64,000 nt of DNA from Octopus bimaculoides (Eukaryota): contig NC_068996.1 in assembly GCF_001194135.2 (NCBI RefSeq), forward strand, positions 13,108,852-13,172,851, given 5' to 3'. The position numbers were made by a program, and so were the translations under genes. The notes below the pieces were generated by a model. It ran no database searches. It saw only the letters and a program-made list of their open reading frames with translations, and had not been told where the DNA came from. Numbering within the stretch: position 1 is the stretch's first letter; every line of letters starts with the position of its first letter. Shown piece by piece: positions 53,494 to 62,769 of this stretch.

Positions 53494-54237
53494 ATATACG
53501 AACGGGCTCCTTTCAGTTTCCATCTACCAAATCCACTCACAAGGCTTTGGTGAGGCCGAGGCTATGGCAGAAGACACNNNNNNNNNNNNNNNNNNNNNNN
53601 NNNNNNNNNNNNNNNNNNNNNNNNNNNNNNNNNNNNNNNNNNNNNNNNNNNNNNNNNNNNNNNNNNNNNNNNNNNNNNNNNNNNNNNNNNNNNNNNNNNN
53701 NNNNNNNNNNNNNNNNNNNNNNNNNNNNNNNNNNNNNNNNNNNNNNNNNNNNNNNNNNNNNNNNNNNNNNNNNNNNNNNNNNNNNNNNNNNNNNNNNNNN
53801 NNNNNNNNNNNNNNNNNNNNNNNNNNNNNNNNNNNNNNNNNNNNNNNNNNNNNNNNNNNNNNNNNNNNNNNNNNNNNNNNNNNNNNNNNNNNNNNNNNNN
53901 NNNNNNNNNNNNNNNNNNNNNNNNNNNNNNNNNNNNNNNNNNNNNNNNNNNNNNNNNNNNNNNNNNNNNNNNNNNNNNNNNNNNNNNNNNNNNNNNNNNN
54001 NNNNNNNNNNNNNNNNNNNNNNNNNNNNNNNNNNNNNNNNNNNNNNNNNNNNNNNNNNNNNNNNNNNNNNNNNNNNNNNNNNNNNNNNNNNNNNNNNNNN
54101 NNNNNNNNNNNNNNNNNNNNNNNNNNNNNNNNNNNNNNNNNNNNNNNNNNNNNNNNNNNNNNNNNNNNNNNNNNNNNNNNNNNNNNNNNNNNNNNNNNNN
54201 NNNNNNNNNNNNNNNNNNNNNNNNNNNNNNNNNNNNN

Positions 54238-54305
<68 letters not shown>

Positions 54306-54364
54306 GAAGAAGAAGAAGAATGATGATGATGATGATTATGATGCTAATAATACTAATAATAATG

Positions 54365-54426
<62 letters not shown>

Positions 54427-54590
54427 CCACATCGAAAAATACCTTAAGAATGAGAACCCAAGTTCGAAATTTCCCCCAAGGCATCTGATGAAGACTGGAG
54501 GGTACATCAGCCGAAACGTTGTGTTAACGGCAAACAAGATGAGAACAAATATCCGTCAAATGTAAATAACGTAAATAATGGAATAATTAC
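54427..54590 (+). mobile_element. Single copy of the hammerhead-bearing PLE pseudo-LTR unit
   Basis: gaatgagaacccaagttcgaaatttcccccaaggcatctgatgaag..ccgaaacgttgtgttaac..caaatatccgtcaaatgtaaat, the same unit as 3947-4248. Confidence 0.85.
54480..54525 (+). ncRNA. Minimal type I hammerhead motif, one stem II mismatch
   Basis: GGCAU CUGAUGA A GACUG gaggguacau CAGCC GAAAC GUU GUGUU. Confidence 0.65.
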
Positions 54591-54897
54591 TATGAAGCAT
54601 TGTGTAGAATATATTGTATAAAAGATCGTGGGTAATGCCAAAACAATGCGAAGTAAATGCAAGGTAAATCACAAGAAAATACGTGAACTAATGTAGACTT
54701 ACCTTGTATTCAATATTTCGGGGAAATTAACCCATTTTCAAGAAATTGACGTATGTTGCCGATGTACGTACGTGTGAGCGTGTGTGGAGTGGACATTAAT
54801 TCACATATTTGTTTTCTTGTGTTACCTTGCATTTGCTTCACATTGTTTTGGCCTTGCCCACGATCTTTTATACAATATATATACATATATATATTTC

Positions 54898-55277
54898 TCT
54901 TTACTTCGTTCAGTCATTGAATTGCGGCTATGCTGGGATACCACCTAGAAATACTTTTTAGTCGAACAAATTGTCTCTGGTAGTTATTTTAAAGTTTGGC
55001 ACTTAATCTACAAGTCTCTTTTGCATAACCGCTAAGTTACAGGGATGTAAACAAACCAGTGCCGGCTGTCAAGCGACAATGGGCACACACATATACACAA
55101 AGACAAAGACATATAAAAAACGGTCTTTTCAATGCAATTTTATTCTACCAAATTCACTCACATGGATTTGATTGGCCCTGTACTATAGTAGAAAATATTT
55201 CCCCAAGGTGCCGCACGCTGGGAGTGAACCAAAAACTATGCGGTTGCAAGTGAGCTTCTTAACAACATAGCCATTCC
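54898..55277 (-). mobile_element. SINE family B, diverged, near full length
   Basis: Reverse complement of both head (ggaatggctatgttgttaagaagctcac..ttcactcccagcgtgcggcaccttgggg) and tail (gactgaacgaagtaaaa). Confidence 0.85.
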
Positions 55278-55284
55278 TACACCT

Positions 55285-56500
55285 TTTACATACACACAAT
55301 GTTTTTCATGAAACATTTCTGGCAGTTTTAAAATAAGTTCAGATCTTGCGTTTCGTCAGTTCTTGTGACATTGTTCTTCGTTTTGAACGTCACTTACTGT
55401 AAAAAATTATGAATCGTTATTCTGTAAAGGATTATTAAGAGAGTCAATTCTGTGATAAATCTTTTCCTTGCACTTTAAATTTCGACATAAATTTACTTCT
55501 CTCAATATTTTTACCTCCAAATGATTGAATTTGGAAAACACAGTTATATGTTCGAATGTTGTTAAAATGTTTTAATTCTGAAGTGGTACTCAAATGAAGA
55601 CTTGTCTTTATAAATCATTCTGGCTCAATTTTAGGTAAAATGGACATTACCAGTAGAATAACACATACCTAATGATTCTTTGTCCCACTTTCTAGCATCG
55701 CGTTCGTTATATGTTTTACACACAGAGCCCAGGGATAAAATACTTTCAGATATATAATCATGATTAGGATCATAATTAATCGCTATAGATTCCGTCCATA
55801 CTTTTTCTACACATTTTCTCAACAAGACTTTCTCTTTTAATCTTATTTCCCACATTTTTCACTCACCTGTGCTTTATTTCTACTATATCTCTCTCTCTCT
55901 CCTTTCTTGCAATCTTAATTTCTTTGCCTTACTTTTTTCTTGCGCTTTGTAATTTCTGTAATTTTCCTTCGCTCTCTGCAATCTTGTTTCTCTACTTCTA
56001 TCATTTTTTCTTTTGTTCTATTTTCATATTCTTTCAGTTTTTGCAACCATATTTCAGTCTTGTGATATATCTTTTTCCTTCACATCTCTCTTATCTTCAT
56101 AATGTATCATGAAAAAGAGGGCATCGTAGTGGTTGCGGTCAATTTCCCCACTATATGATACAAATATTTTTCATTTTGTAACCGTTCGATCACATATAGA
56201 GAAAGGTTAAAAACAAATTTCATAGACATTTTTGTGTTGAACCTGAATTGCTACATTATGCAATTCACTAATGGCTGCCAATTCAATATCATTACCGTAT
56301 GTTCCATCTCTACTCTTGTATGTTTGATATCCCTGAATTGTGCGTTTGGGGGCAAGGGAATGAAAATATCTCCAATTATTGCTATTTGTACTGTTATTGC
56401 GAAAGAGTGACACAGTTCTGCACAAGCGGTATCACTGCCCATAACATTTTAAAGTTAATTCCATTGTGTTCAATATTTTTTGATGAATCTAATAAAGTAC
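55285..56500 (-). mobile_element. Helitron 5' half: OTU protease, charged linker, Zn-finger and Rep N-terminus; decayed
   Basis: AINYDPNHDY..LGSVCKTY..ARKWDKESLGMCYSTGNV (~55640-55790), FNNIRTYNCVFQIQSFG (55516-55566), FKVQGK/YHRIDSL and LKLPEMFHEKH. These match Helitron RepHel N-terminal motifs. Confidence 0.85.
56108..56480 (-). pseudogene. OTU-family cysteine protease domain relic (part of the Helitron ORF)
   Basis: Degenerate Cys motif VMGSDTAC (Cys 56422-56424) followed by RTVS. Central SRDGTYGNDIELAAISELHNVAIQV (56240-56315). His motif SYSGEIDRNHYDAL (HYD 56123-56131). The three lie in different frames. Confidence 0.8.
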
Positions 56501-57297
56501 TTTGCCTTTAGTTTAAACTTTAGATGGCTTCTTCACGAAGAGACTGGTGATTGATAATGTGAACACCATAGACTGAAAAATGTATAAACAATACGAATTT
56601 CCTGTTAAGGAATCTGACTTTCTCGCTTCGAGATAGATGACAGGATAAGTGCAATTTTATAAGTTGTGAAAAAGAAATTAATATTTCTCAATGAATTTAA
56701 TAAGGTACTTCACCTTCAATGTTGACTTTAAACGTCTTCTTCGTGGAGAGTACGGGGATCAAGCAAAAGCGATATGACTCCAAGCAATTAACAAACGATA
56801 ACTTTTTTTTTTACAAAGGTATCGTCTGCTGGGAGAAAGGAATACTTCAGTTCTTTTCAAATGATATCAGTTTAAATACATGCGTGTATGTGTGTGCGTT
56901 TGTGTATGTAAATGCGAGAAGGAGAGAGAGAAAGAAAGAGAGAGAGAGAAGGAGAAAGTGAGAAAGAGAGAGAGAGAAAGAGATAGCGAGCGAGTAAACG
57001 GGAGCAAGAGAATGATATAAAAAGACAAAGAGAAAAAGGCAGATAGGATACCATACGGTAAGAGAAAATGATTTGCAAACAGGAAAATTGGATAAATAAA
57101 TAGATAGATTGATAGGTGGATTGATAGATAGATAGAGGGAGAGAAAGAGCAAGAGAGAGGGAGAGAGTAAGAAAAAGAGAGAGACAGACAGAAAGTGACA
57201 GACAGACAGGCAAACAGATAGCTAAATTGACACAGAGAGAAAGAGGGAAGAGAACAAACAGAAATAGATTGTATATGGACATTACTAAATTGAAATA

Positions 57298-57334
<37 letters not shown>

Positions 57335-57478
57335 ATGGTGTTGTTTAGCTCTACAGTAAACATAATCAAGTAGATCTATATTTTAAAGTACTCAAGCTAT
57401 AAACACGTCTTTGTTTTCTTCTAATTCAATGTGTTCTTGGATAACAGTGTGTGGTATTCAGGGAAGTTTGACTTTAAT

Positions 57479-57534
<56 letters not shown>

Positions 57535-57563
57535 GTATATATTGTGTGTATTTGGGGCTAGTC

Positions 57564-57623
57564 ATGTTGCCAGCTTAGCCAATAAAAACGCAGGCACTAT
57601 ATATTTGGCTAAACTGGCAACAT
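57564..57623. repeat. 19-bp inverted repeat (1 mismatch), 22-nt spacer
   Basis: atgttgccagcttagccaa / ttggctaaactggcaacat. Confidence 0.85.
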
Positions 57624-57737
57624 AACCATCTCCAAATACAACAATATCTGTCTCAACACACGAACTCACATCAAGAATCTTGTAAAACGAATACATAGAC
57701 GTACAAAAATATATGTGCCTCGGTGTGTGTGTGTGTA

Positions 57738-57781
<44 letters not shown>

Positions 57782-57909
57782 TGTGTGTGATCTTACAATG
57801 TTAGGGTCTAAAAAATGTGCGAGCAATAAAGAGGCCAGGGAAGTTCTCCAACAAACTACTTGTTCCCCAACTCTCTCTCTCTGTCTCTGTCTCTGTCTCT
57901 GTCTGTCTC

Positions 57910-57943
<34 letters not shown>

Positions 57944-57960
57944 CTTCTCTCTCTATCTCT

Positions 57961-58217
57961 CTTGGTTACGACGACAAGAGTTCCAGTTGATCCGATCAAC
58001 AGAACAGCTTGCTCGTGAAATTAACGTGCAAGTAACTGAGATATTCCACAGACACACGTACCCTTAACGTAGTTCACTGGGAACTTCAGCGTGTCACAAA
58101 ATGTGACAAGGCTGGCCCTTTTTAAAATACTCAATTTTGCCAGCTGAATGGAATAACATGAAATAAAGTGTCTTGCGCAAGGACACAACGCGTCGCCGGG
58201 AATTGAACTCACGATCG
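57961..58217 (-). mobile_element. tRNA-derived SINE, family C
   Basis: Minus strand reads gtgagttcaattcccggcgacgcgttgtgtccttgcgcaagacactttatttc.. (B box plus gtgtccttgNgcaagacactt core). It ends ..cgtcgtaaccaag followed by (AG)n. Confidence 0.8.
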
Positions 58218-58799
58218 TATGTATATANNNNNNNNNNNNNNNNNNNNNNNNNNNNNNNNNNNNNNNNNNNNNNNNNNNNNNNNNNNNNNNNNNNNNNNNN
58301 NNNNNNNNNNNNNNNNNNNNNNNNNNNNNNNNNNNNNNNNNNNNNNNNNNNNNNNNNNNNNNNNNNNNNNNNNNNNNNNNNNNNNNNNNNNNNNNNNNNN
58401 NNNNNNNNNNNNNNNNNNNNNNNNNNNNNNNNNNNNNNNNNNNNNNNNNNNNNNNNNNNNNNNNNNNNNNNNNNNNNNNNNNNNNNNNNNNNNNNNNNNN
58501 NNNNNNNNNNNNNNNNNNNNNNNNNNNNNNNNNNNNNNNNNNNNNNNNNNNNNNNNNNNNNNNNNNNNNNNNNNNNNNNNNNNNNNNNNNNNNNNNNNNN
58601 NNNNNNNNNNNNNNNNNNNNNNNNNNNNNNNNNNNNNNNNNNNNNNNNNNNNNNNNNNGAAAATGCACATATACTCATGTGTATTTGACCATGCGACATC
58701 AAAATCACATAAGGAAATGCATTCACAAATTTATCGACCAGTGAGTTCCGCATCTCTCCTCAAGAATTTACCCCATGTGCGCCACAAATAATCCCGCAG

Positions 58800-59180
58800 A
58801 AAAAGACTGCAGTTTAACCATCCAATAGAAGATCATCAATATAAATACAGGTATAGGGCAGGGAATTGCCAATTAGTTAATAAAATTAATAATTAACAAT
58901 TTTGCCAAGTAGTTCAGTATGCAAAAAAACCTTTATCGGTAAAAACATTTACAATTATAAATATATAGGGATCAACATGAGATTGCTTCACCAACATACT
59001 GAAAATTTAGAAATAGCAGTCAAAGAACTACTAACTCTAAACTACAATTTTTCTCTAACGGATGGCGATATTTACGGTACACATAGAACAAAAACAGAAG
59101 AGAAAATAAAAAAACAAACCTGGCTTTAGTTAATCATGTACGACGTTTCGTGATTAAGAATATAAAATGTTCACCAGAAA
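58800..59180 (+). mobile_element. Probable PLE GIY-YIG remnant
   Basis: SVCKKTFIGK..GINMRLLHQH resembles C..C.K.YIG.T..L..R...H. A degenerate hammerhead-like motif lies at 59142-59177. Confidence 0.4.
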
Positions 59181-59194
59181 TGATTTTTCGATCA

Positions 59195-59865
59195 ATTTAC
59201 AACAGTCGATCAAGATCAAGTTGTTCAATACCCTCTTGAATTTCTCAACATACTTAAACCCACTGGGATGCCACCGCATAAGTTGACACTAAAACTCGGT
59301 GCTCCCATTATGTTGCTTAGAAATTTTGACCGATCTCACCTATGTAATGGAATTCGCTTAATAGTTACTTCCATGAAGGCCCATGTCCTACAGGCAACAA
59401 TCATTACAGGTTGTCACAAAGGAGAAAATGTCTTTATTCTCAAACTTCCTCTCATACCTACAGATGTTCCATTTGAATTTAAGAGGCTTCAGTTTCCAGT
59501 CAAACTAAGTTTGGTATTTCAATTAACAAATCTCAGGGTTAATCCCTCAAGGTAGTTGGACTTGATCTCTCTACTACATGCTTCACCCAAGACCAACTCT
59601 ATGTTGCTTGCTCGCGAGTTGGAAACAACAACAATTTATTCATTTCAACACCTACAAAAAAATTACATGACAAATATTGTTTACCCTGAGGTGCTTCAAC
59701 ATTGACAGATTTTCAGTTCAAAATTCTATTAACATTAGAGTTTGGATATTTTTTGATAATATATTGATATTTTGAAATAATTATGAGAATATTTCTTTAT
59801 ATTTATTGTTTACTAATCTGAATAAGGACAGCTGCAACCCGGGCAACGCCAGGTCATTCAGTTAG
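59195..59865 (+). mobile_element. Helitron 3' half: PIF1-like helicase C-terminus, 3' hairpin and terminal TTAG
   Basis: QYPLEFLNILKPTGMPPHKLTLKLGAPIMLLRN..LCNGIRLIV..FEFKRLQFPVKL, then VGLDL..CFTQDQLYVACSRVG..NIVYPEVLQH* (stop 59703-59705). The subterminal hairpin acccgg-gcaacg-ccaggt is at 59837-59854. The end TTAG|T (CTRR variant) abuts (ATCT)n. Confidence 0.93.
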
Positions 59866-59936
<71 letters not shown>

Positions 59937-60296
59937 ATATATATATATAAATATATATAGAGAGAGAGCGAGTGAGAGTGATATACATCTATATACATAA
60001 AGTTATACATTCATGTCTATCTACACACAAATACACACGTATTGTTTTCTATAGTCATCGTCAGCAACGATTTCTGCTTGTTGGCGAATTATTGTGTGTG
60101 TATATATGCGTGAGGATCAGTGAGAGGGGGAAGAAAGAGAAGGGGAGAGATNNNNNNNNNNNNNNNNNNNNNNNNNNNNNNNNNNNNNNNNNNNNNNNNN
60201 NNNNNNNNNNNNNNNNNNNNNNNNNNNNNNNNNNNNNNNNNNNNNNNNNNNNNNNNNNNNNNNNNNNNNNNNNNNNNNNNNNNNNNNNNNNNNNNN

Positions 60297-60366
<70 letters not shown>

Positions 60367-61341
60367 TGTGCGTGTGCGTGTGTATGTGTGTGTGTGTTTG
60401 TCTGTGTAATTAAGCATATGATTCTGTGCCACGGACACAAAGACACGTTTCTCTGAATAACATCTGTTTTGAAGTTATCATTCATCTAGCGCTCCGCTTA
60501 TTTATATGCACCTCACACCCATCCTACTCTCCATTCCACTTACTGCTCAAACATAGCCCACTAGTCTATGACAATTTGTTAATTTATCAGAAGATAATTA
60601 CTCCCCCCCCCACACACACGTGTGTATGTATGTATGTAATTTAATAAACACTACTTTTTCATTAAAAGGTGAAATAATTGACAATTATTGTCGTGTTCTA
60701 AATATACAAAATACGGCTGTGGAAGCCAAGTTGTACAGAATATATATGTTAAACCCAACAAACTCTGCTGGGTCAAATATATCCCCATAATTTTCCCAAT
60801 CAACTAAGGAACAATGAAACTTGGAAACAATTTGGAAGTTAGAACTATTATACGATTGTTCAACGATCTATTTAAAAGACTTTGAAAAGCACTAATGCTG
60901 GAATAAGAATAAGACTCAGGTGAGTCGTATCGTTTTTAACTGCAGAATATTATCGGTGGTCAGAAAAATATCAGCCATGTTACAAATATCTGAATTATAT
61001 ACGGTGCAGCATGCAGGCTTATATAAATATAAAGAGTTTCTTGTTGTCATATATTTGTAATATATAAATATTTCTACTGTGAAATATCTCATGAGAGAAG
61101 AAGCGCGTGAAATTAAGTTACACCAACTGCTAAATTCGAAGAATCCACGGTTTGTGATCCCAATATAAATCATACCAAATTAATTAAATTTCGTATTGCT
61201 AAGTATCAAAGATTTTAGCTTTAAGAAAACACATGATTCTTTCTTTCGTTCTTTCTCATTTTGATCCTCTCTTTCTATAGGTGTGTGTATACATTCATAT
61301 ATACATAGATATATATGTATATGAATATATATGCGTGTGCA

Positions 61342-61380
<39 letters not shown>

Positions 61381-61961
61381 GTGTGCGTGTATGTATGTGT
61401 ATGTATGTGTATGTATGTGTATATCATATATNNNNNNNNNNNNNNNNNNNNNNNNNNNNNNNNNNNNNNNNNNNNNNNNNNNNNNNNNNNNNNNNNNNNN
61501 NNNNNNNNNNNNNNNNNNNNNNNNNNNNNNNNNNNNNNNNNNNNNNNNNNNNNNNNNNNNNNNNNNNNNNNNNNNNNNNNNNNNNNNNNNNNNNNNNNNN
61601 NNNNNNNNNNNNNNNNNNNNNNNNNNNNNNNNNNNNNNNNNNNNNNNNNNNNNNNNNNNNNNNNNNNNNNNNNNNNNNNNNNNNNNNNNNNNNNNNNNNN
61701 NNNNNNNNNNNNNNNNNNNNNNNNNNNNNNNNNNNNNNNNNNNNNNNNNNNNNNNNNNNNNNNNNNNNNNNNNNNNNNNNNNNNNNNNNNNNNNNNNNNN
61801 NNNNNNNNNNNNNNNNNNNNNNNNNNNNNNNNNNNNNNNNNNNNNNNNNNNNNNNNNNNNNNNNNNNNNNNNNNNNNNNNNNNNNNNNNNNNNNNNNNNN
61901 NNNNNNNNNNNNNNNNNNNNNNNNNNNNNNNNNNNNNNNNNNNNNNNNNNNNNNNNNNNNN

Positions 61962-61994
<33 letters not shown>

Positions 61995-62080
61995 AATTAA
62001 CTGCGTAAAAGACAATACGAAGAGTATTCCATCCAACGAGAGTTCAATATTACTAAATGTTTCAACTACATGTACTTGTC

Positions 62081-62125
62081 ACGCTACTAATAGTTTTCCC
62101 GAACATGCGTACGTTTATCAGGCAT
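62081..62125 (-). ncRNA. Type I hammerhead motif, degenerate (G8>A, extra A)
   Basis: AUGC CUGAUAA A CGUAC gcau GUUCG G GAAAAC UAUUA GUA GCGU. Stem I is AUGC/GCGU, stem III is ACU/AGU with loop AUU, and the triplet is GUA. Confidence 0.6.
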
Positions 62126-62288
62126 CAATCGCCTTTTGTAGTGTAGGTGGTCCTGAGTCGAAAAATATGGTTTTCCGACGCATACTTTGTACCAGTTCCT
62201 CAACTTTCTCTACCAGCCTTCTAAGATATAGCTGCTTAGATGGTATGGGTATATTTTTGGTGGAATAGTCGATATGATACAAGTCCAT
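62118..62288 (-). CDS. 56-aa open mini-ORF, PLE ORF N-terminus (below the ORF-track cut-off)
   Basis: MDLYHIDYSTKNIPIPSKQLYLRRLVEKVEELVQSMRRKTIFFDSGPPTLQKAIDA*. YSTKNIPIP..Y...L.EK.E....MR.K..FF is an N-terminal motif I recall from invertebrate PLE ORFs. Expression is unknown. Confidence 0.5.
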   Translation of the reverse strand: MDLYHIDYSTKNIPIPSKQLYLRRLVEKVEELVQSMRRKTIFFDSGPPTLQKAIDA

Positions 62289-62468
62289 ATTTGCGTGAAA
62301 CTTGATTGAGTCTTTTAAGAGTGTCTCCCTTATCCTGTATTCTTGCCAAAAATTAAATGAATATGCAGTGAACAGTAGTCACCAGGGCACGAATATAAGA
62401 AATTAACTGAGTAAAAGTCAATACGAAGTGTACTCCATCCAATGCGAGTTCAATATTACAAAACGTTT

Positions 62469-62682
62469 AAGGCGGTGAGGTGGCAGAAACGTTAGCCCGT
62501 CGGGTGAAATACTTAGCGGTATTTCGTCTGTCTTTACGTTCTGAGTTCAAATTCCACCGAGGTCGACTTTACCTTTTATCCTTTCGGAGTCGATAAATTA
62601 AGTATCAGTTGCGCACTGGGGTCGATCTAATCGACTGGTCCCCCTTCCCAAAATTTCTGGCCTTGTGTCTAGACTAGAAAAT
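62469..62682 (+). mobile_element. SINE family A with 17-bp TSD, inserted in the pseudo-LTR
   Basis: TSD aatattacaaaacgttt (62452-62468) / aatattagtaaacgttt (62683-62699). The uninterrupted repeat at 62046-62062 reads aatattactaaatgttt. Confidence 0.92.
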
Positions 62683-62716
62683 AATATTAGTAAACGTTTC
62701 AACTATATGTACTTAT

Positions 62717-62769
62717 CGCGCTGATGAACGTACGCATGTACGGGAAACTATTAATAGCTTAGTAGCGCG
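62717..62769 (+). ncRNA. Type I hammerhead motif in the inverted terminal copy
   Basis: CUGAUGA (62721-62727), A, CGUAC gcau GUACG, G, GAAAC (62744-62748), UAUUA, an 8-nt insert, GUA (62762-62764), GCGCG. The core is intact, but the stem I register is shifted so that C3 can pair. Confidence 0.6.
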
